A DNA stretch of 64,000 nucleotides, from contig NC_043000.1 of the NCBI RefSeq assembly GCF_006345805.1, positions 156,488,001-156,552,000 of the forward strand, written 5' to 3'. The position numbers were made by a program, and so were the translations under genes. Positions 25,661 through 39,369 of this stretch are shown one piece after another; position 1 is the stretch's first letter; every line of letters starts with the position of its first letter. The notes under the pieces are model-generated. The model ran no database searches and was not told where the DNA came from. It was given only the letters and a program-made list of their open reading frames with translations. The DNA comes from Octopus sinensis. Lineage: Eukaryota.

Positions 25661-26631
25661 GTCAGTATTAGCAAAAACAAGTCTACACGTTTAAGTTACA
25701 TAGCAACATAAGATTTGGAAACAAGTTTGGCTGATGACCAGAGACACGCACATAGGAATTTACACTGCTCTCCCTCAAGAAAGTCTCGGACGAAAGACTT
25801 TTTACTTATCAGTAGAATCTAGTGCATAACGATTTTGTGAAAAAGCTTCAGAATGGCAGTAACATAAATAACCAAAGTGCTCCATCTTAGAATAATAACT
25901 ACTATTTTAGTTCTCAAGATAAGTGCTAATATATTTTCGAAAAATAATTGTCGATGTATTTTCGTAATATAAGAACAAATATCAACAAAAACACAAAAAG
26001 GACTGGAATCCATGGAAAAATGGAGATGGAATTAACAATGATGCGACTCAAATCATATGTATCCGTCTCATAATGTCATCATGGTGTTATCTACCTATGA
26101 GAGGTAGTGAAGTGTCCAAAATCCCAAACAGTAGACAATGTAATATCGAGAAAGCATGAGTTTGAAAATCGAAATATAAGAAGTTATTGTGGCAGGGTGA
26201 AAATAACCATCATTTATATAAAAGAATGGTAAAGTGTTCTTGTCAGAAGATGTGGAAAATATAAACCCAATACATCAGACATAATGATATCTGAGAAAGA
26301 GAAGAAAAAGTATGTTCAAGCAAACGCTAACAATTTTAACGATAAACTATGGGGAAATATTTTCTCCCAACACTTAAACGACTCTGCCAGTTTGCTTACG
26401 TACACATGCAGAAGTCAAAGCATAAAAATTCACTCACACAATGACATGCATGAATGCACAGAAATTCCAATAAAGAAACCTTGTAGGTTAAAGGTTTAAA
26501 GAGAATCTTGCTGTGATGGCGGTTTGAAGAGAATTTCGCGATACGGGATCAGAATTCAGTACCTGAACTGCAACGTCGCTATGTAAGCAAGGTTGTAGTT
26601 TCTGTAATAATACAATACTATATCACATACG

Positions 26632-26910
26632 GTGGAGACACATGGCCTAGTGGTTAGAGCAGCGGACTCGCGGTTGAGGGATCGCGGGTTCAATCTCAGA
26701 CCGGCGATGTGTGTGTTTATGAGCGAAACACCTAAGCTCCACGCGGCTCCGGCAGAAGGTAAAGGCGAACATCAGCTGACTCTTTTGCCACGACTTGCTC
26801 TCACTCTTTCCTCCTGCATCTTGCAGCTCACCTGCGACGGACCGGCGTCCCGTCCAGGTGGGGAACCTATACGCCAAGGAAACCGGCGCTATGAACCAGG
26901 CATGGCTTGA
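26632..26910 (+). mobile_element. SINE S1-related subfamily
   Basis: tggcctagtggttagagcagcggactcgcgg...gagcgaaacacctaagctccacg. Sister copy at 32880-33160. Confidence 0.85.
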
Positions 26911-27127
26911 GAAGGAACAAACAACAATATCACATATGACATTAGAAGTATAAAAGAGAAACAATGAGTAAAAACAATGACATTGGCAATAGCAAAGTAA
27001 ATATATTTACTGCTAAACCAACTTAGTGGCAAGGATAACATATGCTACGGGCATTGTCAAAGGCCTCGCACTAAATGTTATCTGAGAATCAGTGATCATT
27101 CACACGCTTTATTACAATAGTACTATA

Positions 27128-27361
27128 CCTATTTCTTTACTACCCACAAGGGGCTAAACACAGAGAGGACAAACAAGCACAGACAAACGAATTAAGTCGA
27201 TTATATCGACCCCAGTGCGTAACTGGTACTTAATTTATCGACCCGGAAAGGATGAAAGGCAAAGTCAACCTCGGCGGAATTTGAACTCAGAACGCAACGG
27301 CAGACGAAATACCGCTAAGTATTTCGCCCGGCCTGCTAACGATTCTGTCAGCTCGCCGCCT
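27128..27361 (-). mobile_element. SINE S2
   Basis: Reverse copy of 10450-10683. Confidence 0.9.
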
Positions 27362-28254
27362 TCTATTACAATAGTACTATACCATTATACTGCATTCAAT
27401 TTCTATGAGTGACAGGTGGTTTAAAGTTTATAACTTGCACGGAATACTTACGAGACCCAATATATTTTAATTAAACAAATTACAATGATCAAACTGAGTG
27501 GCAACAGTAAATGAGAAGATCGATATCATTTTCCATTGGGTGTTAATTAATAGACCTGCCGTTCTAGATCTCTGTTTCGGCTCATTACACTTGTCATATG
27601 GTAATTGAGCTTAAGTGTTATTTTTCTCATAAGATCAGTTGACCGGAGAAGATTATTAGTAATATATTTAGTAGAGATGGTTAGTATTGTGGTATCTATA
27701 GACAGTTTAATGTTAATCAACTCCATTTGATCAAATCGTCTCCTTTTAAACACATCGCGAATTTTTTTAAACAGTTAAGAAATGCTCAAACAAGAGTGTA
27801 GGACAACCCCCCCCCCCCGAGGACATATCCGAGGGGTTTTCTCCTAAGGGATTTTTGTCCAAGCGGGGTTTTGTCCGGATTCCAAGAAACATTTATTGCA
27901 TACATTTTTTCATGCTTTTATGCAAAACTGTTGCACATATAACAAATTTAAATACATATTACAAAATTAAAAATATTAAAAATGTTTTCAGAGTTAGACC
28001 TCAAAAACCAAATTCACATTGTATCAGGAGAGAAATAATTAAACTTGTGCAGCTCAGTTTATCTAAGTGACAAAGCTTTACGAGTATATTAGAGAATTTG
28101 TGCAGTTCTGTAGCATCTACGGGATGTGCTTTTATGCTTGGCTTTTATGTTTGACTTTTATACCTGCCTACCTGCCTGCTTGCCTATCTACCTACCTACC
28201 TGCCTGCCTACCTACCTACCTACCTACCTACCTACATATACATATATACATCGT

Positions 28255-28446
28255 ATCAGGACAATTACTCCCATAGGACAATTACCCCACCCCCACCCCA
28301 TAGGAAGTTCTCCCGATGGCAACTACCCCCTGGGACAATTACGCCCCTTGGTTAATTGCCCCCTCTCCAATATATTGAGAAGTTTGTTTTAAATCATTAT
28401 CTGTTGTCCTCAATGGGTTATTGTCCATAGGGATAAATGTCCTAGG
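28255..28446. mobile_element. MITE-like element with ggacaatt..ccc subrepeats in inverted arrays
   Basis: Repeated ggacaattac(c) units at left and ttgtcc/atgtcc units at right. A similar remnant lies at 27800-27880. Superfamily not determined. Confidence 0.3.
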
Positions 28447-29012
28447 CTCATACATTCATACACACACAAACACACACACACACACACCACACACACACAC
28501 ACAGATACACACACACACACACACACAGATACACACACAAACACACACACATGTCCGTACGAATGTATGCATATACTTTTTGCGATCCTTCATATACACC
28601 TAATGTAAAAAAAAAGTTATTTTATTTCAGGTGAAGGCGAAGTGAGTTTAGACTTTTAGAAATATCCGAAAGTAATATAATATTTATAGCCGCAACACTT
28701 GTCACGTTGGAAAATTTCTCATGTAAGTTACTATTTGTACTTACCCTGATTATCAAACTAGTATTGGAATTTCATTTAATAAACTTTGAAACGGTGGCCA
28801 AATCCTCTCAACCTATATCTTAGACGTTGGATAGTGCGGTCTCGTGGTTCAGGTTCACACACACTCACGAAAAGAAATTTTTAAAAAGGATGAAATGGAC
28901 GGTCACGGTTGGAATGCTTTTAGTTATAGGTTTGCTCGGACATTGCTGGCCTGGTGTTAAAAGTCAGCAAATTATCACCAAGAGAGTTTTTTAGATAAAC
29001 ATTAAAGTATAA

Positions 29013-29233
29013 TCTGTTGTGTCTGGGGAGAGTCATTTTCTTTTTGTGCCTTATAATGTAACACATTCACTGGTAAAATTTCCACTTATTTCTTATTTTT
29101 TATTTTCCTAAAATTTTCGTTGCGTCTTGCAGCCTTTTCAATAGTCTTAAGTTATTAGTCAAGACTATTGAAAAGGTGAGTGTGTTACATTGTAAGGCAC
29201 AAAAAGAAAATGACTCTCCCCAGACACAACAGA
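29013..29233. repeat. Nested inverted repeat
   Basis: 29013-29070 pairs with 29176-29233, and 29133-29148 pairs with 29161-29176. Confidence 0.85.
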
Positions 29234-30339
29234 ATATGCTTCAACACACGAACTCATATAAAGAATCTTGCAAACGAAATCCAAAAACGAAATTACAGTA
29301 TAAACATTTCATAAAAGTAACATATAATAGAATAGGAATTTCTACAAACTTTTCACTTAGAAATACTTTGAAGACGATATAATGGCTTTAATCGATCCTG
29401 TACTTCATTGTTACATACTTCATCGACCCCGTAAAAGATGAAAAACAGAAGAACTCAAATGAGACTTGAATTCAAAACATAAATATCTACTGCAAAGTAT
29501 TTTACGCCCTCGATTTTCGGCCATAATAATAATGCGGCGTTAATGGCTCTGGAAAATGTAGTTTGAACATTTCAAAATCACGTTCTCCTCTCTTTAAAAA
29601 TGAAAATGTGCCCCGAATGTTAGTGAAAGACAACTTGTAAGAGTGTACTTTTAGGGAGAACGAATTTGATACTTTCCTTTAAGTTTTGCTCCCTTTATTT
29701 TTGTGTTTATTTCTATATCAAATATTTTCTTTTCCTTTTCTTTTGTTTTCATTTTCTTTCATTTTTTTCCCCCAATGTTTTCTAACCTTCTTTCCATCTT
29801 CCCTTCATTTTCTACTTTATTGTAAGTATTCTTTTTTTATGCTTCTGTCAGAAATATTACGATTTTAAAGTAACCAGCGACAAGGAAAGGAGAAAATAAA
29901 AACATAAACAGTAAATAAACTGAAAAATAAACCAAAATAAAAACCCGCAATAAACACAACAGCAGTGACATGCCATGCAAAACAGCCATAGTAGAAAAAA
30001 TATAGGAGGGAAAAAAACCGCTTAAAACAACAACAAAAAAATAATAAAGAAAACAAAAATTTCTCTGTCATTTTTGTTAATGGAAGTCTTTCGGTGTCAA
30101 TGGAGAAGTTTTGCCTGCTTTTTCTCTGACTGCCGCCTTAAATGTCCTACTTTATTTACGATGACGGAACTAGAACAAAGTCCTACAAAATGTTGGCTGA
30201 TGTTTTAAATGCAGCAGACGATAAAAAGACGTTATTGCGCACGCGCATATACACATTAACTCATTCACACATCTACACATACATACACACGCATAAACGC
30301 GTGCATACATATGCATGCACACACATATATTCATGTGTA

Positions 30340-30790
30340 TGTCTGTGTATGTATGTGTATGTATACGTGTGTATGTATTTTGATATATATATATGTGTGT
30401 GTGTGTGTGTATGTGCATACGTGTTTATGTATTCTGGTGTGTGTGTGTGTATGTGTGCATACGTGTTTATATATTTTGATGTGTGTGTGTGTGTGTGTGT
30501 GTGCATACGTGTTTATATATTCTGATGTGTGTGTATGTATGTGTGCGTACGTGTTTATGTATTCTGGTGTGTGTGTGTGCGTGTGTGTGTGTGTGCATAC
30601 GTGTATTTTGATGTGTGTGTGTGCATACGTGTATTTTGATGTGTGTGTGTGTGTGTGTGTGCATACGTATTTATATATTCTGATGTGTGTGTGTGTGTGT
30701 ATGTGTGCATACGTGTTTATGTATTCTGTTGTCTGTGTGTGCGTGTGTGTGTGTGCATACGTGTTTATGTATTTTGATGTGTGTGTGTGC
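30340..30790. repeat. TG-rich minisatellite (~35-40-bp units with gcatacgtgtttat)
   Basis: Direct inspection. Confidence 0.85.
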
Positions 30791-31442
30791 ACTCACATGA
30801 AGAGAGGAAGACAGATACTGAGAAAGAAGTAACAAGGCAGATGAAAGCGCTGGGAAGATTGAAGGAGTGTAATTAAAAATAATAATTCTATCCTCCCTAC
30901 TGTATAAAACATATTCTACATACATGGGCACACCTCAAAGAATTTCCTACGTACATAAGTACGAACGCACACACGCATATACACTCGTATTCTACTCATA
31001 TTCCTACACACGCGCTCAGAGCCATTCATATTTACCCACACACATCATAAACTCCTACTCTAGATTTCGTTGAAACACAATGGCCTTGTAAAGAAATTAC
31101 ACGCATTCACTAATTTACACGTACCGCCACGAGAAGACCAGGGTAGCAGTATGTGGCTGTTCAGTTTGCTAGAAATAGCAGCCGAATTCTACTCAAATCA
31201 CATAAAATGGGCATGTTAGATAACGTAGTTTTGAAACCCTTTCAGCTAGTACACGATCAACATGTACTTTACTATCGTGAATAAGAGCAAATGGTCATAA
31301 ATTGCAATAGAAACGGGAAGTAACAACCATAATTTCATGTCAACAATGTATGCGACATTTACCAATATATAGCAATATGAAAACAGCACATTTTTTCCTT
31401 ATATTTATAAGATCAAAACAATCAAATTTACGGGAAAACATA

Positions 31443-32355
31443 CCGTAATTCCTCGAGTATAATCCGCAGTTTTTCCCCAAAATTTAAGGGTCTCGAAGTT
31501 GCTGGAAATGGAGATCTCCAGGTCCAAATTCTTGAACGGCTGCCACCTGCCTAGAGCTGTAGTGTCAAAGAATTCCTCTAGCTTAATAACCTGCACGTGT
31601 CCCGGGATGTTAAGAGGAGTGTGGGAAACATTTTTGAACTATACTCATCTTTCACTTAGCCTTTTGATGGGTGCCATTAACAAGTTAACTCCTTAGAAAA
31701 ATGGCCTTTTTAACGATGCACTATGGATAATTCTCTGGCGAATTAGTTGGAAACTTTGGAATATGTTCATATATTCTTTACAGCCCCGGTTTCTATATCA
31801 GAACTCCCTTTATCACAAGAGTGCCTCGTTTTGTTTTCTATGTATTGAAATGTCTTTACTGGGTGAGACTGTTCGCTTTCGGAAAATCCCTAGTGCGTAC
31901 TATATACGAGGTTAAAAAAAAAATAATATTTTCTAAGCAATGTCCGAGTCTCTATTTGCTGTCCGGTAATGTTTATTCCGACGCATTGTGTGATGCCGGG
32001 CACGAAAATACCGTAAGCTAAGTCTGAAAGCAATGAAGTCATAAAAGTATCATCCATAACCTGCAGTAAGCAACACTTATTAAAATAAAAGTATTCAGAA
32101 CACAGAATAACCTGTAACAAAAACAATTTGCAAACATATTTACATTCCCATATAGTAGTTAAAAACAGCACCATTATTGTATTACGCATGCGCGGAAGTG
32201 TCTGTTCGACTAGGTGCTGCTGGCTTAATTACGCACGACTCAAGTTAGAGAAGGGGTGCGTATTATACACAAGGTTTAAGTTTTTCAGAGGTACAGCCCC
32301 CTTAAAATTCCCTGCGTATTATACTCAAAGGCGGACTATACTCAAGGATTTACGG
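31443..32355. mobile_element. pogo/Tigger-like non-autonomous DNA transposon
   Basis: TA|ccgtaattcctcgagtataatccgc ... gcggactatactcaaggatttacgg|TA, i.e. imperfect TIRs with a TA TSD. Confidence 0.8.
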
Positions 32356-32879
32356 TAACAGTTATTGGAGCATGACATGAGATTGGTGGATAGTTTTTGA
32401 CGATCTCTAAATTTGTTTCATCACACACACTAATGAATATATCATGTAAATAAGTCATTACTAGTCACGCACTGTTGCCTCGGTGTCTTCTTGGCGAACC
32501 TCTATAGCCCTTCTGTTGCTCCTTCTGGTTCCTATTTCAATTTACTGTACAACTACACTGGCCGAGATGCATCTCCACACGTTTCGACGATGATTATTCA
32601 GTTGTTTGATCAACTGAACCAACTGTGGATTGAATGGAATTCGTACGCAAGTGAATAAACATTCCACACACGAGTGGAATGTACGCTTCTCTCCGAAAGG
32701 GAATCAGCCCCTACACAGTGTAGGACAAGGGTGGACCTTTAAACTATAGCCATAACCCATCAGTTGATGGAACATCTGAATACTCGTCATCGATACCGAC
32801 GGAGGTCCATTTTAAACATACCAATATATAGGTTACTCGACTGGACAATTGTTTTTTTGTTTGTTCCTTCACGAGCCAC

Positions 32880-33160
32880 GCCTGGCTCATAAGAGCCGGT
32901 TTCCCAGTTTCCTTGGTGTATAGTTTCCCCACCTAGACGGAACGCCGGTCTGTCACAGGTGAGCTGCAAGATGCAGGAGGGAAGAGTGAGAGAAAGTTGT
33001 GGCGAAAGAGTCAGCAGAGGTTCGCCATTACCTCTACTGGAGCCGCGTGGAGCTTAGGTGTTTCGCTCATAAACGCACATATCGCCCGGTCTGAGATTCG
33101 AACCGGCATCCCTCAACCGCGAGTCCGCTGCTCTAACCACTAGGCCGTGTGCCTCCACCG
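32880..33160 (-). mobile_element. SINE S1-related subfamily
   Basis: Reverse copy of 26632-26910. Confidence 0.85.
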
Positions 33161-33948
33161 ACTCGACAATTGACGTGATCTGAGCCGACCTAGCTTTAGG
33201 CGCGGACATGGTTGTTTGGGGTTGAGTCTCATTGCATGGTGCTTTGAGCAAGTATCTTCTATAGCCTCGGATTGACTAATGTCCTGTGTGTGAACTTGGT
33301 AGGCAGAAACTGTGCGGAAGCCTATCGTATACAAAATATGTGGATGTGTGTTTTGTTTGTGTATGGTTTCTCGCGTGTTTCTTTTCGTGTTTGCTCACCC
33401 CAGAGCATGACAATCGGTGTTGGTTTGTTTACGTCACCGTAACATAGCCAGTCCAGTAAAAAGAACCGACACAATATGTAGCAGGCTTAAAAATAAGTAC
33501 TGAGGGTTGATTTGTTCGACTAAACACTTCAAGGCAGTACTCCAGCATGGTCGCAGCCTAAATGTCTGGAACAAGAACAAGATAAAAGTTAAAGATAAAC
33601 AACAAGAATTTCCACATGAACAGCGATATTTACTTAAAAGAAAAGCAACAAGAAAATTGCGGCGAAGTTACGTGATCGCGGTATTAAACGCGGTAATACA
33701 TATGGTAAAATTGGTATTCAACGTGGCATGCAGACCATGATATAACTTGTTTGACACGCGCATTGCGTTTTTATTCTTCTCTTCCGTTTTATTTTGATAT
33801 GCGCATTGCGTGTTCATACTTCACGTTCCGGTTCCTTCTCAAAACAGTTTACAGATCACAACCATCTCACGATCATGCGGTCGTGAGGAGCGCTGCGCAC
33901 TCCGATGGATTTCAAAAAAAAAAGATACAAGCTTCACTGCGATTCAAA

Positions 33949-34150
33949 TGGTCTGGTAGAAACGTTAGCGCGCCGGGCGAAATGCTTAGCGGTATTTCGT
34001 CTGCCGTTACGTTCTGAGTTCAAATTCCGCCGGGGTCGATAAATTAAGTACCAGTTACGCACTGGGGTCGATGTAATCGACTTAATACCTATGTCTGTCC
34101 TTGTTTGTCCCCTCTATGTTTAACCCCTTGTGGGTAATAAAGAAATAGGT
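33949..34150 (+). mobile_element. SINE S2 (internal deletion)
   Basis: S2 sequence lacking the gactttgcctttcatcc block. Confidence 0.85.
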
Positions 34151-34439
34151 ATTTGAATGTCGCTTCATATCCTTTCGACAATACCTAAAATAAGTGCCAA
34201 GTGTCTAAGTCGGCGTACATGACAGCTGGAAAGATAGTTTCAGAAAATATTCCCTGACTTTTGACCGAAGATATACAGCCAGCCAAGAAAATTTGTGCAA
34301 TTTTGCTGCGATAAATCATTCGAGAAAAAGCTTTCAACTCATCAGTGAATCATGTATGTGTATGCTGTCAATAAGCTTCACATGAGAGTAACATATATAA
34401 GGATTGTAGTCTATCATAACTGACTCGTATATTAGCTTT

Positions 34440-34700
34440 TACTTTCAACGGTATGGTTTTGCATTCCAGGAAACGGAAATGAAAACGAAATGCATACTGA
34501 ACAAAAGGGGTAGAGATATGAATTAAAGACTTAAATGCGGCAACCGATGTAAAGTCTATGGAATTAACAACAACGATGCTAGCCACATCATAAGCAGCTG
34601 TCCGAAAATGTCATCACGTTACTAGCTGCGTAACAGGCATGATGTCATAGCTGATACATTATACAATGCAGTCGGTAAAGAGTACATTCATATTCTGAAA
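34440..34700 (+). mobile_element. R4/Dong-like RLE LINE fragment (CCHC zinc knuckle)
   Basis: FAFQETEMKTK...CGNRCKV...SHIISSCPKMSSRY*LRNRHDVIA matches the CR.C...E...HI.S.C...Y..RHD motif. Confidence 0.75.
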
Positions 34701-35132
34701 GCCCAAATTTTAAAAGGCAATGATGAGAAAGGCATACTGCTTATTCATATATCGAAGAATACTGGTGCAATATACTGTGTATGCGTGAATGTGTGTCTGT
34801 GTGTGTGTATGACTGTAAAGCTATAATGTTCTAAAAGAAATATCTCGGAATGGACAGGAACGAAGGAAGAACAAGGACGAAGAAAGTTATAAGTATATAT
34901 ACATACATAGATGAATTCTCTTTCTCTTTCTCTCTCTCCCCCTTTTTTTAATTTTATTTTTTGTTCTTTTTTTTCCCTTTTACGATCCCTTTTGATCGAA
35001 AACCTACGCCACCTTTTTTTTTTGCTTCTTTTGTTTTTTGTCTTTTTTTTGTTTTTTTCATCCCCCAAAAGAAAAGCTCTACCTTGTAACTTGTCCCATC
35101 TGTGTGCAGCCCTGTGTGGCCAATAAAGAAAC

Positions 35133-35380
<248 letters not shown>

Positions 35381-35951
35381 AGGCATATATATATATATAT
35401 ATATGTATGCATGTGTGTGTATTTGTATATATTTATATTCATATACATGGATGCGTGTATGTAGGCACGTACACACCTACAGCGTTCATTACTCCACAGC
35501 ACGTAGAAAAACAGTGTCAGAAAGATAACGAGGAAGGGGAGGGGCAGTGAGAGACAGACCGAATATATTTTTTAAACGCCATTAACGGTTATCTGTTATC
35601 AATCTTGTATTTGGAGAAAAGCTGTCAAAACATATATTAAATGTTCCTTATTTATTTCCTACAACTTGTAGATTCAGATATCAGGTGGAGAAATTAGAGT
35701 TTTAGTACTTTTAGGGCCAGCAAAGGGTCAGAAGCTATTCTGGAGATATTAAAAGGGGGTTTGAAAGGAATGTCAGTGTATTGCTCCCTGTGCCATTTTT
35801 CGGCATTTTTTCAGTCACGTTAATGTGACAAGATTGCGTGCGTGCGTGTGTGATACGCGCATACGTATATTACACATGTACGCATTACCTACGTACGTAT
35901 ATTCATGCGCGCGCGTGTGTGTGTGTATATGCATGTATTTTATATTTTTTT

Positions 35952-36360
35952 CTCTTTTGCTTGTTTCAGTCATTTGACTGCAGCCATGCTGGAGCACCGC
36001 CTTTAGTCGAGCAAATCGACCCCGGGACTTATTCTTTGTAAGCCCAGTACTTATTCTATCGGTCTCTTTTTGCCGAACCGCTAAGTGACGGGGACGTAAA
36101 CACACTAGCATCGGTTGTCAAGCAATTCTAGGGAGACAAACACAGACTCACAAACATACACACACATACATATATATATATATATACATATATACGACGA
36201 GCTTCTTTCAGTTTCTGTCTACCAAATCCACTCACAAGGCATTGGTCGGCCCGAGGCTATAGCAGAAGACACTTGCCCAAGATGCCACGCAGTGGGACTG
36301 AACCCGGAACCATGTGGTTGGTTAGCAAGCTACTTACCACATAGCAACACCTGCGCCTAT
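35952..36360 (-). mobile_element. SINE S3
   Basis: Full-length reverse copy. Confidence 0.9.
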
Positions 36361-36711
36361 ATATACATGTATTTTATATATTTGATATATTTTTGTACGT
36401 GCGTAAGCACATATACACATCCTGAACACCGTTGTTTGAGAATAGTTTGAATCCTGGGATAAATCTGGAAAAAAAAATCCACATATAACATACGAAGTTA
36501 GACACACATATACATATACAAACTTACGTACTTATATAAATACATACTCGTGTATACGACGAGCTTCTTTCTGTTTTCGTCTACCAAATCCATTCACAAG
36601 GCTTTGGTCGGCCCAACGTTATAGTAAAAGACACTTGCCTAAGGTACCATGCAGTTGGACTGAACCCAGAACCACGTGGTAAGAAGCAAAATTCTTACAA
36701 AACAGCCACGG

Positions 36712-36781
<70 letters not shown>

Positions 36782-36791
36782 TTATATATAT

Positions 36792-36847
<56 letters not shown>

Positions 36848-37128
36848 CAACAATTGAGGGTAAAATTAATTAATTAATCAATTTCACCAAGTGTTCAGTA
36901 TGTAAAAGGAAACCATTTAAGGCGAATTCAAAATATTACATTATATAATTAGGGCTTAGTAAAATAAATTACTTTGCCACATACTGAACTTAGTAGAAAT
37001 AGCAGCCAAAAAAAATTTTCTTAGCATTTCTACTACTTAAAGAAAATTTCTCTCAGATAATGTTTACTCCAGACAGCTCACGAAGGTTTGGGGGTAAATA
37101 CAGAAAAATATCACAAGTACATAGATCG

Positions 37129-37191
37129 TTTGAGTACGTTAACGTTTCAAGATTAGCCAAATAAAATCAGCATTTCTTTCGTCAGCTCAAA
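37129..37191 (-). ncRNA. Type I HHR with canonical core (mirror copy)
   Basis: Reverse complement of 37670-37732. Confidence 0.85.
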
Positions 37192-37669
37192 TTTCTTAAT
37201 TTGGATTTGGAAACACTAAAAAGAAGGAACTTTACCTATCAACGAACTACTCGCTTCAGATGAACCACTCCAACTAACAGTGTCAACAAATTCAAAATGC
37301 GCAGGCGTAAAATTCTGCACTCCCCATTCCACCCACGTGGTCTATCTAGCAAACATTATATTTTAACCGCGAGAACCGAGGCAGTATGACCGAGAGAAAT
37401 GAATTATAATATCAACAATTGAGGGTAAAATTAATTAATTAATCAAATTATTATAATTCATTTCTCTCGGTCATACTGCCTCGGTTCTCGCGGTTAAAAT
37501 ATAATGTTTGCTAGATAGACCACGTGGGTGGAATGGGGATTGCAGAATTTTACGCCTGCGCATTTTGAATTTGTTGACACTGTTAGTTGGAGTGGTTCAT
37601 CTGAAGCGAGTAGTTCGTTGATAGGTAAAGTTCCTTCTTTTTAGTGTTTCCAAATCCAAATTAAGAAAT

Positions 37670-37732
37670 TTTGAGCTGACGAAAGAAATGCTGATTTTAT
37701 TTGGCTAATCTTGAAACGTTAACGTACTCAAA
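37670..37732 (+). ncRNA. Type I HHR with canonical core
   Basis: tttgag-CTGACGA-aaga...tctt-GAAAC-gttaac-GTA-ctcaaa. 6-bp stem I and palindromic stem III ACGTTAACGT. Predicted cleavage after 37726. Confidence 0.85.
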
Positions 37733-37954
37733 CGATCTATGTACTTGTGATATTTTTCTGTATTTACCCCCAAACCTTCGTGAGCTGTCTGGAGTAAACA
37801 TTATCTGAGAGAAATTTTCTTTAAGTAGTAGAAATGCTAAGAAAATTTTTTTTTGGCTGCTATTTCTACTAAGTTCAGTATGTGGCAAAGTAATTTATTT
37901 TACTAAGCCCTAATTATATAATATATATATATATATATATATACGCACACACAC

Positions 37955-38123
37955 TCTTTACTTTCTTACTCTCTTACTTGTTTCAGTCATTTGACTGCGG
38001 CCATGTTGGAGCACCGCCTTTAGTCGAGCAAATCGACCCCAGGACTTATTCTTTGTAAGCCTATTACTTATTCTGTCGGCCTCTTTTGCCGAACCGCTAA
38101 GTGACGTGGACATAAACACACAA

Positions 38124-38166
<43 letters not shown>

Positions 38167-38236
38167 TATATGACGGGCTTCTTTCAATTTCCGTCTACCA
38201 AGTCCACTCACAAGGCTTTGGTCGGCTCAGGCTATA
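37955..38236 (-). mobile_element. SINE S3 (5'-truncated)
   Basis: 3' two-thirds of S3. Confidence 0.85.
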
Positions 38237-38289
38237 ACTAATTCAATAGCACCACCTGGAAAAGTCTTTTAGTTAATTCTTTCGGGACA

Positions 38290-39120
38290 CCAGGGACTAC
38301 TCGAGCAGAGAGTTGTTGTTGGTTGAGACGTATTCAGGTGTAGGTGGTTTATCCGGTATTTCCTGGAGGAATTTGTCCAGGAACCGTTTGAAAGTTGTGG
38401 GGTCTTTTTCTACTTTAATTTCGTTTTGGATAACAGTGAAAAGTGCAGGACCATTTGCAGTGAAGAAATTGTGTCGCAATGTTCTTATGTGATGTGATCT
38501 CGACCTTTGCAGGAGACGCATTGCACGGGGACCTAGTCTTGGGTGAATTGTAAACACAATGTCAATATCATTTGGATAATATTGGTGGAATATTTTCCGC
38601 ATGGTGCAAATAATGTATCGCTCACGGCGGCGTTGCAGAGAATAGAGCTTCAGCTGTTTTTAAGTCGAGCCCAATAATCAAGTCCCATTAAGGCATTTAT
38701 CATTTTTGAGATTGATCTTTGTGGCGCTTCAATCCACATTATGTTTTGTTTTTTGTAGGGGGACCACAATGGACAGCAGTATTCGAGGTGGGGCCTCGTG
38801 AATGTGGAGAAGAGAAGGATGATGGTTTCATGATCCCTAGATTGGAAAGTTCTGAAGATCCATGACCACATTCTGCAGGCAACATCGACGTTTCTTTTTT
38901 GATGCGCGCACTCCAGCTAAGGTTGCTGTCGACAGTTACACCTAAGTCTCTGATATTATCCGACGGTAGTGTATATGGTTGTTTGAGTGTGCATTCTCTT
39001 CCAAAGCGGATGAGCTCAAATTTTTCTTCCGTTCAACTGCATAATGTTTTTTTTGTGCCCATTGGGTTACTGTGCATAGGTCCGATTGAAGCATTGTTCG
39101 ATCTTATGCTCCTTTAATGG
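38290..39120 (-). mobile_element. CR1-group LINE ORF2 C-terminal relic
   Basis: LQSDL..W, DLGVTVDSNLSW, LFSTFTRPHLEYCCPLWSP and FKRFLDKFLQEIPDKP. Frameshifted. Confidence 0.9.
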
Positions 39121-39369
39121 CTTTCTGTTAGACAGTCCCTCCCACCACGAAATTAATGTTATTATTACCTTTGTTTTTTCGGCTGGATATTTTGTTCCCC
39201 GGTTTATGTGGGGGAAAGGAACCATTTTTGCCGTAGGAGGCGATACAGTTAGCTATTGTGGTGATTGGAGTTTGTGGAGTTTGGATAAGGAGCAGGTTTA
39301 GCGTGGCCGTATCTGTTGGTGGGGTCACTCACAATACTACCACTTTTCTTAGTGCCACTATATTTACTA

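Larger units (their letters stand above)
36846..37921. mobile_element. Fold-back pLTR-like module, family D (~470-bp inverted arms) between (TA)n tracts
   Basis: About 36940-37409 and 37450-37921 are near-perfect reverse complements. The spacer 37410-37445 repeats the terminus at 36846-36881. Confidence 0.9.

Noticed and set aside
30142-30931. Regular repeat array with long ORFs
   Set aside because: TG-rich minisatellite with no unique spacers, so not CRISPR and not coding.
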